In this document: positions 1-9,088 of the stretch, piece by piece
Numbering within the stretch: the first letter of the stretch is position 1
Layout of the letters: each line of letters opens with the position of its first letter
DNA from: Escherichia phage vB_EcoM_3HA11
Length of the DNA: 64,000 nt
Sequence record: MN342150
Direction: 5' to 3' (one strand)
Made by a program: the position numbers and the translations under genes
The notes under the pieces: model-generated
Database searches by the model: none
What the model saw: the letters and a program-made list of their open reading frames with translations, nothing else
What the model was told of the DNA's origin: nothing

Positions 1-196
1 TTTGTCGACATCAGCAGAAATATTGACTGGTATAGTTCTGATTTCAGGATCCCAAAGATCGGTGACAGAAATCACGGACGTGACAAAGATACGGCAGCTT
101 GTAAGTACAAGCACCATTATCATCGTCATGATCCATTTTCTGAATCCGCGTATCAGGAACACTAAAACGTTCTCCACAGCAAAGGTGCTAACATGA
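1..196 (+). CDS. 3' end of an upstream gene (partial; 5' end outside window)
   Basis: Open frame running in from the window edge; its stop overlaps the next start as ATGA (193-196), suggesting translational coupling. Product not recognisable; frame choice uncertain. Confidence 0.3.
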   Translation, partial: LSTSAEILTGIVLISGSQRSVTEITDVTKIRQLVSTSTIIIVMIHFLNPRIRNTKTFSTAKVLT

Positions 197-690
197 CAGG
201 TGTACAATTCAAAAACGAAAATCCTAATTTCGCGGCTTCCGATAAATGGCGCTTAACCATCGGAGACCTGGTGCTGCTAACCCGTTCGATACATGACTTC
301 AGTATCCCTGGCGTGTATTCCGAAGGTATCGAAGGCCCATCCCCTGGCGATGTCCTAAACTCTATACCTTCAGAACGTCTCACGTATGACCCCATCGTAT
401 TTACGTTCGTTATCGATGAGAGTTGGTACAACTGGGAACAGATTTACAATTGGATCGCTTCGAACGCGGGTTCAGATTTAGCCGTCAGTAGAGATATTAC
501 GATTGAACTTTTAGACAACATGAACCGTCCTGTTGGGCTTCAGTTGCTTCTAGAAGAAGGGCGACCAACAGCGCTAGACAACGTGTTGGTTGACGTGGAT
601 GCATCGGTTCCTCAGTTGGTCACAACGGTGACATTCAAATATCTGAAACTGACTCCGACCCGCGTAACCCGCGAAATTGATAAACAATAA
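193..690 (+). CDS. tail tube protein family (T4 gp19/gp48/gp54-like)
   Basis: 165 aa; segment FTFVIDESWYNWEQIYNWIASNAG resembles the gp19-family core (T4 gp19 ...WTVTVMNDEAHDARQKFVDWQSIAAG) as recalled from memory. Not verified by search. Confidence 0.4.
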   Translation: MTGVQFKNENPNFAASDKWRLTIGDLVLLTRSIHDFSIPGVYSEGIEGPSPGDVLNSIPSERLTYDPIVFTFVIDESWYNWEQIYNWIASNAGSDLAVSRDITIELLDNMNRPVGLQLLLEEGRPTALDNVLVDVDASVPQLVTTVTFKYLKLTPTRVTREIDKQ

Positions 691-728
691 GTTATAATAC
701 AGAGAGTTGAAACAGCAGGAAATAAATC

Positions 729-1184
729 ATGAGTGAAACAAAATTTGAAACAATGAAGACCGAAGATATAATCGCGGAATTAGATCCTCTTATTTCGGTG
801 AATCCTGAAGACATGAATTTAGACCAAATATCATTGAAAATTGGTCGTTCATGGATGGCTGTCCAGCGCCATTACATTCGTGAAGGGCGTTATCTAGAAT
901 TTTTGACAGGAAAATTCCGTCAAATCGATCTTTATTTACGTCGGTATTATGCAGGGGAATTACCACCCAATATTTATGTCGAACGTCCCCTGAAAGTTCG
1001 CCCCCTGAAATCTGATATAGACGTTTGGGTAAAGGCTGATGACGATTACATTGAGTTATCGAGCATGTTGCAAGAACAAAAAGCCAAAGTAAAATTAATC
1101 GAAAGTAGTTTAGAACGTTTGAATAAACTCGGCTATGAAGTGAAAAATGCGATTGATTGGCGAAAATATTTGGACGGTATGTGA
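729..1184 (+). CDS. UvsY-like recombination mediator (tentative)
   Basis: 151 aa; sits next to uvsW as in T4; weak pattern similarity to UvsY (YYAGE, C-terminal amphipathic helix). RBS-like GCAGGAAATAAATCATG upstream. Confidence 0.35.
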   Translation: MSETKFETMKTEDIIAELDPLISVNPEDMNLDQISLKIGRSWMAVQRHYIREGRYLEFLTGKFRQIDLYLRRYYAGELPPNIYVERPLKVRPLKSDIDVWVKADDDYIELSSMLQEQKAKVKLIESSLERLNKLGYEVKNAIDWRKYLDGM

Positions 1185-1930
1185 TGGTTTCCCTGCAGGC
1201 TTTGCGTAAACTCAATGATTTTGAGAACCGCCATTACACATTTCAGCAGTATGCCTTGCCCTTTAAGGAACTGACTTGTGTAACAACGGAAAACGGTCGC
1301 CATTATGTGTCTCCAACAGGCGTCAAACTCACATCTGTAACAACGATGTTGGGGCGTACCGGAGATCATACATGGTTAGAAGCCTGGCGGGACAAGTTGG
1401 GACACGAAGCCGCCGATATCGAAACAGAGCGTTGCGCAGACCGTGGGGAAAAACTTCATTTGGCCTGTGAATTATATCTCAAAAACAGGCCGATGAAGGA
1501 AGTGTTAGAAGCCGCAGGGGAATACGTGTTTATGTTTAAACAGGTCTTCCCCTACCTGAACAAAATGAGCAAGATATACGCACAGGAGATTCCGTTATAT
1601 AGCGAAGTCCTTGGTCTTGCTGGTCGTGTTGATCTCATCGGCGTTTACGAGGGAATCCCTAGCATTATCGATTTCAAAACATCCAACACCCTGAAAACTC
1701 GGAGCATGATAGAAGATTACAGCATTCAACTATGCCTGTACTCAGTCATGTTTCAACAGATGTTTAATGTTAAGATCGAACGTTTGGTCAATATTATATC
1801 TAACGAAAATTCTCTTGTCCCGACTATAATCGAATTTAATCGAAAAGACGTTATTTCTAAAATGTTTGATCGTGTTCGCCTGTATCATAAAATGGATAAA
1901 GAACAGAACGGGATCTGGGCGGATCGCTAA
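1184..1930 (+). CDS. PD-(D/E)XK family nuclease (RecB/Cas4-like exonuclease fold)
   Basis: ORF 1157..1930; the internal ATG at 1184 overlaps the upstream stop (TGATG). Motifs GRVDLIG ... IIDFKTS fit a D...(D/E)xK nuclease core. Confidence 0.5.
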   Translation: MVSLQALRKLNDFENRHYTFQQYALPFKELTCVTTENGRHYVSPTGVKLTSVTTMLGRTGDHTWLEAWRDKLGHEAADIETERCADRGEKLHLACELYLKNRPMKEVLEAAGEYVFMFKQVFPYLNKMSKIYAQEIPLYSEVLGLAGRVDLIGVYEGIPSIIDFKTSNTLKTRSMIEDYSIQLCLYSVMFQQMFNVKIERLVNIISNENSLVPTIIEFNRKDVISKMFDRVRLYHKMDKEQNGIWADR

Positions 1931-1958
1931 ATACTCCATAATATTGGGGGAATTAGTG

Positions 1959-3464
1959 ATGTCAGAAATTCAAATAATCAAAGTTAACGAAGTTAGAATG
2001 CGGATCCTTGCCGAGGACTATATCCGTGAAGAACTCAACGATTATTTCAAATTTGAAGATCCTAATTTCCAACCAAATCCATTCAGTAAATGGGACGGCG
2101 TGGTACGCTTGTTCACAAAGAGTTCTGGTCTTATAGACATCGGTCTGTTGTTTGAGGTGTTTAAGTTCTGTAAGATGAATGGTTACACCATCAAATTAGA
2201 TCCCGCCTTAAAATATATCCAAGATATACCAGACGAAGAGATACATACATTTATCAATTCCCTGAACGCTGTTTACCGTGATGAAAACAAGCAATACCAA
2301 ATCGCAACAGTGCGTGACTATCAATTCGACTCAGTGGCCACAGCAATACGCCAATCCAGATGCGTGCTAGAAGCGGCTACGAGCGCGGGTAAATCGTTTA
2401 TTTTGTACATCATGGCGCGTTACTACAGGCAACGCAGAGAGGCACTGGAAAGCAATCTCAAGACGTTGATCGTTGTACCTTCCATTCACTTGGTGACTCA
2501 GTTGTATGACAACTTTGAGGAATACAGCCACGGGACAGATTGGAATCCGATGATGAATGTCCAGATGATATGTGAAGGTGCAACAAAGGATATATTCAAG
2601 CCCATAGTGATTTCCACTTGGCAGGGAATTCAGGATCAGCCCAAAGAATGGTTCCATCAATTTGGGGATATTGTTGTCGACGAAGTACACACATCTAAAT
2701 CTGAAAAGCTATCTTATATCCTGAACAACTGCATTAATGCTGACCAAAGATTGGGTGTAACCGGAACCCTCGCGAATACAAAGGTTGCAGGGTTGCAGGT
2801 CGTTGCCCATTTTGGAGCATACCATAAAATTATTACAGCACGTGATTTAATAAATCTTGGTTATGCCGCAGATATCCATGTCAACATGATTGAAGTCATA
2901 CATCCCATGGCGGATTGTATAGAAATGCATGGTGCTGAGTACCAAAAGGAAATAGAATTCCTCATAGCGAATGAACGTCGAAACGAGTTAATAGCCAGAA
3001 TGGCATTGTCTTTGAAAGGTAACGTGGCCGTTATGTTCGAACGCATTGACGCCCATATGATGATTGTTTATGAAATGCTTTCAGCCGTTAAGAAAAACGT
3101 ATTTGTCATTAACGGCGAAGTTAAGACAGAAGTTCGTAAACAAATTCAGGCAGCGATGGAAGAGGGTGAAGATATAACACTGCTGGCATCTTATGGGACC
3201 ATGCAACAGGGAGTGTCGATCAAAAAACTTCATCATTTGATATTGGCACACCCGAGTAAATCCTATATCCGTGTCATACAGACTTTAGGGCGTCTCATGC
3301 GCCAGCACTCTTCAAAGGATGTCGCCAAGATCTGGGATTTAGTAGACAACTTGCGTTACAATGGATTCTCGTACAACCATGCTCTCAGACATTCGCATGA
3401 GAGATATAAATTTTATCTTATGGAGCGACACCCTGTACAAATGAAGAAAGTGTCGCTCCAGTAA
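1959..3464 (+). CDS. uvsW: UvsW RNA-DNA/DNA-DNA helicase (SF2)
   Basis: Start at internal ATG 1959 (MSEIQIIK) with GGGGGA RBS. Helicase motifs TSAGKS (Walker A), DEVH, TGT, and a C-terminus like T4 UvsW (LHHLILAHPSKS, VWDLVDN). Confidence 0.85.
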   Translation: MSEIQIIKVNEVRMRILAEDYIREELNDYFKFEDPNFQPNPFSKWDGVVRLFTKSSGLIDIGLLFEVFKFCKMNGYTIKLDPALKYIQDIPDEEIHTFINSLNAVYRDENKQYQIATVRDYQFDSVATAIRQSRCVLEAATSAGKSFILYIMARYYRQRREALESNLKTLIVVPSIHLVTQLYDNFEEYSHGTDWNPMMNVQMICEGATKDIFKPIVISTWQGIQDQPKEWFHQFGDIVVDEVHTSKSEKLSYILNNCINADQRLGVTGTLANTKVAGLQVVAHFGAYHKIITARDLINLGYAADIHVNMIEVIHPMADCIEMHGAEYQKEIEFLIANERRNELIARMALSLKGNVAVMFERIDAHMMIVYEMLSAVKKNVFVINGEVKTEVRKQIQAAMEEGEDITLLASYGTMQQGVSIKKLHHLILAHPSKSYIRVIQTLGRLMRQHSSKDVAKIWDLVDNLRYNGFSYNHALRHSHERYKFYLMERHPVQMKKVSLQ

Positions 3465-3465
3465 T

Positions 3466-3810
3466 TCATTTGTCTTGGTTCACATAGGCGGGGGTCGCCT
3501 CGCCTTCTTTGTCAGAACCGAATAAACAACCCATCGTGCTGATGCATTGTTGTAGAACTTCTGGATCCAGAATCTGGCACAACAGTTGTTCATTACATTC
3601 CAGCAATGGGACAACTTTCACTTCCCGCGCCTGTCCTTGTTGAATAATGCCGACATATAGACCTTTGGTGTCTGGCAGTAACGGGATCACCATCATTGGT
3701 GTCACAACAAACTTAGAAGTGCAATAGAGGCTGTGTAAGTAAACACCTTTCAATGCCGGACATGCTTCTTGTTCTTCCCCTACTGCATATAAACCCACGA
3801 ATTGTTTCAT
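3466..3810 (-). CDS. hypothetical protein
   Basis: 114-aa ORF on the minus strand between uvsW and gene 45; weak RBS; no recognisable domain. Confidence 0.35.
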   Translation of the reverse strand: MKQFVGLYAVGEEQEACPALKGVYLHSLYCTSKFVVTPMMVIPLLPDTKGLYVGIIQQGQAREVKVVPLLECNEQLLCQILDPEVLQQCISTMGCLFGSDKEGEATPAYVNQDK

Positions 3811-3901
3811 ATATTACTCTCTTGTTAGTAAACATGACTACATAATAATTTCATGCTGTGTTTAGACCAAATAAATTATTTTGCTAGTTGAATAAAAATC
3901 G

Positions 3902-3931
3902 CTTTCTTGTTGAACAAACCGTGCGTAATAT
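3902..3931 (+). promoter_or_regulatory. candidate sigma70-type early promoter (CTTTCT-N18-TAATAT)
   Basis: In the 335-bp gap upstream of gene 45; -35/-10-like hexamers at about 18-bp spacing. Confidence 0.3.
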
Positions 3932-4016
3932 ACGAGTTGTGAGCTTTGCGAGCAACGAGTATTATCACGAGCGAAGCGAGTAGACTAATAAAGAAAGGTT
4001 TATTAAAACAGAATAC

Positions 4017-4024
4017 TATAAATG
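4017..4024 (+). promoter_or_regulatory. late-promoter-like box TATAAATG
   Basis: One mismatch from the T4 late consensus TATAAATA, about 120 nt upstream of the gene 45 ATG. Confidence 0.25.
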
Positions 4025-4145
4025 CCGTCAGGCATTTATTTATCGCGCGTAGGGCATTTTAACACTTGTTCTATAACTGCAAACACGCGATACTAATTTG
4101 CGTCAAACATGACTTGAACCCCACTATATTTTGAGGATATAAACA

Positions 4146-4814
4146 ATGCAAGAGATCACTCTCTCCGAACGCACTTTACAACTGCTGGCTAACTTTGAAA
4201 CCATCTGCCCCTCTATCGTTCTGGCACCTGGTAAAAAGCTGCGCACCGTTAACGATTCCAGTACAGTTATCGCTATCGCTGATATCGACGAAGACTTCCC
4301 GTTCGAATTCCCGATTCTGGATCTCACCAAACTGCTGGCAATCCAGCGTCTTCCGAGTTTCAAAGGCGGTAAAATTGAAATGTCAGAAGACCACATTTTG
4401 CTGAAAGGTGAAAACTCCCAACTGCAATTCTGGCGTTCCGCTAAAGAATTGACGGTCGTTCCAGCAGACAGCATTGATCTCCCGTCCGTTGAATTCGAAG
4501 CGACGGTCACTCCTGAAAAAATGAAAGAGCTAACCCGCGCCTGTTCTACTCTGGGACACAAAACTGTTCGTCTGGTTGCCAGCGGCGGTAAAACCCGTCT
4601 GGTCGGTACGACTACGACTATCGATAATTCCAACGATTACACCGTTGAATTGGGTGAAACTGCTCTGGCTGATTTCGCTATGCCTGTCGACGTTGTTAAC
4701 CTGAAAATGATCGAAGGCAACTATGTGATCCGCGCCTGTGCTGAAATGCAGCTTGTTAACTTCCAGTCGGCTGACGGCACCATCAACTACTACGTTGGCA
4801 TGCAGCTGGATTAA
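4146..4814 (+). CDS. 45: sliding clamp (DNA polymerase processivity factor gp45)
   Basis: 222 aa; size, position upstream of gp44/gp62/regA, and overall similarity to T4 gp45. RBS GAGGA upstream. Confidence 0.85.
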   Translation: MQEITLSERTLQLLANFETICPSIVLAPGKKLRTVNDSSTVIAIADIDEDFPFEFPILDLTKLLAIQRLPSFKGGKIEMSEDHILLKGENSQLQFWRSAKELTVVPADSIDLPSVEFEATVTPEKMKELTRACSTLGHKTVRLVASGGKTRLVGTTTTIDNSNDYTVELGETALADFAMPVDVVNLKMIEGNYVIRACAEMQLVNFQSADGTINYYVGMQLD

Positions 4815-4844
4815 TCAATATCGCTTCGGCGCTTTATTATCGGT

Positions 4845-4868
4845 GGCGGGGTTATTATCCCGCCCTTT
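4845..4868 (+). terminator. hairpin after gene 45 (possible attenuator/terminator)
   Basis: GGCGGGGttattatCCCGCC followed by a T-containing tract. Confidence 0.35.
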
Positions 4869-4894
4869 GAAATGTTTTATCTAAAGAGGCTGCA

Positions 4895-5884
4895 ATGTCC
4901 AACATTACTATCGTTACAGACCAATACGCGTGGGAAAACAAATATCGTCCTGATAATTTAGATGAGATCGTTCTCCCCTCAGACGTCCGTGCCAAGATCC
5001 ATGGTTATGTTACCTCTGGCAACGGAAACATCCCCTCTATGCTGTTCTACTCCCCTCAGCCTGGTACGGGTAAAACTACTTCTGCTCTGGCCGTGTGCAA
5101 TGAAATCGGTTGTGTGAAACCTCTGATGATCAACGCATCGCTTGACAACAGCATTGATGTGATTCGCGATCGTGTCATTCAATATGCTACTGGCGTCAGC
5201 GTTTTCGGCGGTCGGAAAGTCGTCATCCTCGACGAAGTTGAGCGTCTTTCTATGGCGGCTCAGGAATCATTGAAAGGTATCGTGGAAAAGGTTTCCAAGA
5301 ACTGCTCGTTTATCCTGACCACCAACGCCAAACAGCGTGTCAATGAGCCTCTGCGTTCTCGTTGCCGTGAAATTGATTTCATCTGGTCCGAAAAAGAAGC
5401 CGACGAAGTTAAACTTCAATTTATGCGTCGTTGTGCCACTATCCTGACAGAAGAAGGCATTCCATACGAAGCTGGTGTTATTGCGTCGATTGTCAAGTCG
5501 TATTTCCCCGACAACCGTAAGATTATGGGCACCCTTCAGGATAATGCCACCACGTTTGGTAAAATCGATGAACGTGCTTTAGCTCAGGTGAAAGCGGGTG
5601 AATTCCAGGCGTTGGTCGATTTCTTAAAGGCCAATGATTGGGCTGGTATGAAGCAATGGGTGACCGACAACCAAAACTACATCACAGAGGACTTCTACTC
5701 TCGTTTCTTCCATTTCTGTGTTCCACAGAACAAAGAGAAGAATCCTTTGATCCAGAACGAATCTATCCCAGATTTGGTCTGTGTTTGTGGTCAGTCACAG
5801 ATTGAACATCGTTCAGTTGGAGACGTCTGGTTACACGGCGTTTACTTCCTGACCAACGTCATGCTCAACATCAAGTGGAAGTGA
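4895..5884 (+). CDS. 44: clamp loader large subunit gp44 (AAA+)
   Basis: 329 aa; Walker A PQPGTGKTT, DExx box ILDEVERL, SRC-like arginine finger; follows gene 45 as in T4. Confidence 0.9.
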   Translation: MSNITIVTDQYAWENKYRPDNLDEIVLPSDVRAKIHGYVTSGNGNIPSMLFYSPQPGTGKTTSALAVCNEIGCVKPLMINASLDNSIDVIRDRVIQYATGVSVFGGRKVVILDEVERLSMAAQESLKGIVEKVSKNCSFILTTNAKQRVNEPLRSRCREIDFIWSEKEADEVKLQFMRRCATILTEEGIPYEAGVIASIVKSYFPDNRKIMGTLQDNATTFGKIDERALAQVKAGEFQALVDFLKANDWAGMKQWVTDNQNYITEDFYSRFFHFCVPQNKEKNPLIQNESIPDLVCVCGQSQIEHRSVGDVWLHGVYFLTNVMLNIKWK

Positions 5885-5888
5885 TATT

Positions 5889-6311
5889 ATGGCCGCTCCG
5901 TCACTGTTCGATTACCTGGGTGCTCTGAACAGCACCAAAGAGAATCTGTTGTTGACCGAAGACCCCGAAATCAGAAAGGCTTTTGATCCTTTCATGACTC
6001 GGCGCGGCCTTGCTCAGAGTAAAGACACGTTGGTGGTTGCAGAACGAATGAACCGCTTCCATGCCATTACTCCTTGGATGCAATGGAACCTTGCGTTTCA
6101 TAGTATTCCAGCAAAACGCCGTTATGACAAATGGTCTAAGAAAGGAGCCATGGACCCTGATGTAAAATTGATTTCTGAGTATTACTACATCAGTCCTGAA
6201 AAGGCTTCTGAGTATGTTCGATTCCTGCCGAAAGAAGTCCTGGCTGAAATCAAGGCGAAGGTCGAACGTTCCAACAGCAACGAAAAAGCTAAACCGCGCA
6301 AGGCTAAGTAA
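5889..6311 (+). CDS. 62: clamp loader small subunit gp62
   Basis: 140 aa immediately after gp44 (4-nt gap); position and KRRYDKWSKK segment resemble T4 gp62. Confidence 0.65.
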   Translation: MAAPSLFDYLGALNSTKENLLLTEDPEIRKAFDPFMTRRGLAQSKDTLVVAERMNRFHAITPWMQWNLAFHSIPAKRRYDKWSKKGAMDPDVKLISEYYYISPEKASEYVRFLPKEVLAEIKAKVERSNSNEKAKPRKAK

Positions 6312-6340
6312 TTCAAATTATTGTTAAAGGGGTACGAGTC

Positions 6341-6805
6341 ATGGCGCGTAATACGCTGGACATCTTGAAACTTTCAGCTGTTAACGATGAGGCCAGCATC
6401 GTTGATTGTATGGTTGAAGTTCAATTGAACCAAGATAAACCAGGAATTTTCCTGGGTATCAAGGAAACGCTGAGCCGCATCGGGGTGAACACTCGTCAAG
6501 AGCCGAATACCCTGTACCAAACATGTCATATTCTGCATAAATTTGGCAGATATCACATCGTGCACTTCAAGCATCTTTTCATGCTGGATGGGCATTACAA
6601 CGGCTTTACGCGTGAAGATGTCCTGCGTATGAATCGGATTATTCGGCTTTTGGAGCAGTGGAATATGGTTAAAATACTGCATCCGGAACAGATTACCGAA
6701 GTTGCTGATATGTCTCGAATCAAAGTTGTAAAACATGACCAAGTTTCTGATTGGAAACTGGTTCCAAAATATACCATCCGCCCGAGTCGGGCGAAAAGCG
6801 AATAA
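6341..6805 (+). CDS. regA: RegA translational repressor
   Basis: TCHILHKFGRYHIVHFKHLFMLDG and C-terminal WKLVPKYTI match T4 RegA (SCHILQKKGLYYIVHFKEMLRMDG ... WKLVPKYTI). Confidence 0.85.
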   Translation: MARNTLDILKLSAVNDEASIVDCMVEVQLNQDKPGIFLGIKETLSRIGVNTRQEPNTLYQTCHILHKFGRYHIVHFKHLFMLDGHYNGFTREDVLRMNRIIRLLEQWNMVKILHPEQITEVADMSRIKVVKHDQVSDWKLVPKYTIRPSRAKSE

Positions 6806-6821
6806 CTGGAGTCGCTATATT

Positions 6822-7685
6822 ATGACAACTACATTTAATAAAAACGTGAGACTGAATCTGGCTTTTGGTAATGCTGCAGGGGACGTGACCGACCCCGACT
6901 TTAGCAAAATTCGCAATCAGGCAAAACTCGTGCTGGAAGAGACCCGCGAACTTCTGGAAGCGGCTTATTACGATCATCAAGTGGTTCTAACATTAGAATT
7001 GAATCCTCGAGAAAGCGAGACGCCGACCACTACCGAAGATCTGATGAAAGCCATCATGGACGCGCAGGGTGATATCACTACTGTTAACGACGGTGTGGCC
7101 CATATCGCGGGTTTCAATGGCGATGAGTGTTTACAGCGCGTGTTTGCTTCCAACATGAGCAAGTTTATCCGCTCTGAAGATGAAGTCGGTCCGGCTCTGG
7201 ACTATTACTATTCTCGCGGTTTCCCTGATGGGCAATTGCGTGTGGAAGGCGAATTCCCTCAGGCATGTATTAAAGTTAATGAAACTGTCGTTTGGAATGG
7301 TAAAGAATATCCTAAAGGGAAATTCCTTAAAAACATGGCCGTTTTCCAAGAGCCTGATTTTTCTGACATGCTGACCAAAACTCCTTCCCGCCAGATCAAC
7401 GATATCGTTGCCAGCATGGCGATTGAAGAAGGTCAGGTGTTTATCGATGATCTCAATGGCGTGGCGTTGGTATCCCCGAACACATTGGGTGTAATCCTTT
7501 CCATGGCTGTTGAAAAAACTTCTCAACCTGTAGAGATCGACGGGCAAATCGAAAGTTATGTGCCAGCGTTCATCGTGGATGACACCAATATGCCTAAGCT
7601 GTGTGGGGTGTGGGGTTCTAATGTTCGTGTTTATGCGAGCACTCCAGTGCAGAACACGGTAACACACCTCTCCCGTATCGATTAA
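6822..7685 (+). CDS. hypothetical protein, possible all-alpha NTP pyrophosphohydrolase (MazG/HisE-like) N-terminus
   Basis: Start at internal ATG 6822 with GGAG RBS. LVLEETRELLEAAYYD ... EDLMKAIMDAQGD resembles the EExxE...ExxD metal-binding helices of MazG-like enzymes; weak. Confidence 0.3.
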   Translation: MTTTFNKNVRLNLAFGNAAGDVTDPDFSKIRNQAKLVLEETRELLEAAYYDHQVVLTLELNPRESETPTTTEDLMKAIMDAQGDITTVNDGVAHIAGFNGDECLQRVFASNMSKFIRSEDEVGPALDYYYSRGFPDGQLRVEGEFPQACIKVNETVVWNGKEYPKGKFLKNMAVFQEPDFSDMLTKTPSRQINDIVASMAIEEGQVFIDDLNGVALVSPNTLGVILSMAVEKTSQPVEIDGQIESYVPAFIVDDTNMPKLCGVWGSNVRVYASTPVQNTVTHLSRID

Positions 7686-7708
7686 TATAAACCGTTATTC
7701 ATTAAACA

Positions 7709-7736
7709 ACAGAGGCTATAATGGCCTCTGTTTTTG
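7709..7736 (+). terminator. rho-independent terminator
   Basis: ACAGAGGCtataatGGCCTCTGTTTTTG directly after the 6822..7685 gene. Confidence 0.6.
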
Positions 7737-7751
7737 TATTGAGAGGATACC

Positions 7752-8975
7752 ATGAAAGATAAACCGTGTGACATTCCTTATTGCGGTGTTCGGGAAGCTA
7801 AAATTAAATCTGCACATCCCATGTTAAGCCCATTCCATAAACAACTCGCATACGAATGGATGAGCGAGCGCTATAAGATCCACGTGAGAAAGGACGTCCA
7901 GCGTCTTCCTGCTCCTTGGACGGATAATCCCATACTACGGCAGGTCAAGTTCTGTAACGTCCGGAGAGAGCACGACAGGCAGTCTCTTAACCTGATCAAT
8001 AATATTGTCAAGAACGATGCTCTGGGCATGGCAGACAAGATGTTCAACTGCGTGTTGTTCCGCATGTTCAACCTCTGGGATCCTATCAAGGCTATCGGCG
8101 GTGCTCGCACGATCAAAGAGTTCGCAAACATCGATCTTGATGTAACCCGCAATCAACTTCAGGAATTTGAGGCCAATGGTGGTAAAGTGTTCACCAATGC
8201 ATTCAACACAGGCGGTCTAAAACAATGTCTGGCGTTCCCTGAACTTGTTGTCAACCACAAGGAGCAGCGCTTCGGTGGGATGATGGTTAAGGTACACCGT
8301 GTTGGCCAGGGTGTCGTGGATGAATTGGATTACAAGGTCGCCAAGAAGCTGGTTGAAGAGAATCCTGGGGAGTACACGATTGAGGGTTGGGAGCCGTACA
8401 TGCCAATGCGTGTCATCCGCTCTTTGAAGGCATTCGTCAACAAGTACCCCGATTACTTCAATGATCTTTTACGTCTTGACTCTCCGCTGAAAGTTTACCA
8501 GCGCATGTATGACGACATTGAAGGGCTTGGGCCATTCCTGGCATATCAGATCTGGGTGGACTTCACATACATCCCTGAGTATCCATTCAGTGAGAATCAT
8601 TTCACTATTGCTGGTCCAGGTTGCCGTGCGGGTATTGACCTGATGTTCCTGGATAAGGACGGCATGACTCATGAAGAATGCATCTTCTGGATTCGAGATC
8701 ACCAGTATCAAATGTTTGCTCAGTATGGTTATGTCCGAGAGCAGTTCTGGTCAGCCGAAGCGCCGGAAGATCAGTGCATGAACGTCATGCAGCTGGAGAA
8801 CATGTTCTGTGAATTGAGCAAGTACACCCGCTGTGTTGAGGCCATCGAGAGAGGAGAAAAGCCACGCGGCAAGGTCGGTTATGATGGAGGCGGGGAATAC
8901 AAAAAGCGATGCGATGAAGTTGTCCTCAATCGCGGATCGGTCAATTTGTTAGATCGTTTGAAGAAACCTGAATAA
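7752..8975 (+). CDS. conserved hypothetical protein (407 aa); candidate DNA/nucleotide-modification enzyme
   Basis: Good RBS (GAGAGGA). No motif I can assign with confidence; its placement after regA, where T4 has DNA polymerase, is notable. Confidence 0.5.
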   Translation: MKDKPCDIPYCGVREAKIKSAHPMLSPFHKQLAYEWMSERYKIHVRKDVQRLPAPWTDNPILRQVKFCNVRREHDRQSLNLINNIVKNDALGMADKMFNCVLFRMFNLWDPIKAIGGARTIKEFANIDLDVTRNQLQEFEANGGKVFTNAFNTGGLKQCLAFPELVVNHKEQRFGGMMVKVHRVGQGVVDELDYKVAKKLVEENPGEYTIEGWEPYMPMRVIRSLKAFVNKYPDYFNDLLRLDSPLKVYQRMYDDIEGLGPFLAYQIWVDFTYIPEYPFSENHFTIAGPGCRAGIDLMFLDKDGMTHEECIFWIRDHQYQMFAQYGYVREQFWSAEAPEDQCMNVMQLENMFCELSKYTRCVEAIERGEKPRGKVGYDGGGEYKKRCDEVVLNRGSVNLLDRLKKPE

Positions 8976-9088
8976 AGAATCGCTTTACTTCGTTCTTCAA
9001 TAACCCCCTTTCAGCGTATATTGACCTCACTTTAACGACGCGCCCCGATAAGGGCGCTCACTTTGAACTGAAACAGGAAGACTATACC

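Noticed and set aside
6735-6821. Upstream start for the gene after regA
   Set aside because: It would overlap the regA 3' end in another frame with no RBS; the internal ATG at 6822 has a GGAG RBS.
9060-9080. Terminator upstream of the 673-aa gene
   Set aside because: The GCGCCCcgataaGGGCGC hairpin is not followed by a T-tract; more likely a 5'UTR structure than a terminator.
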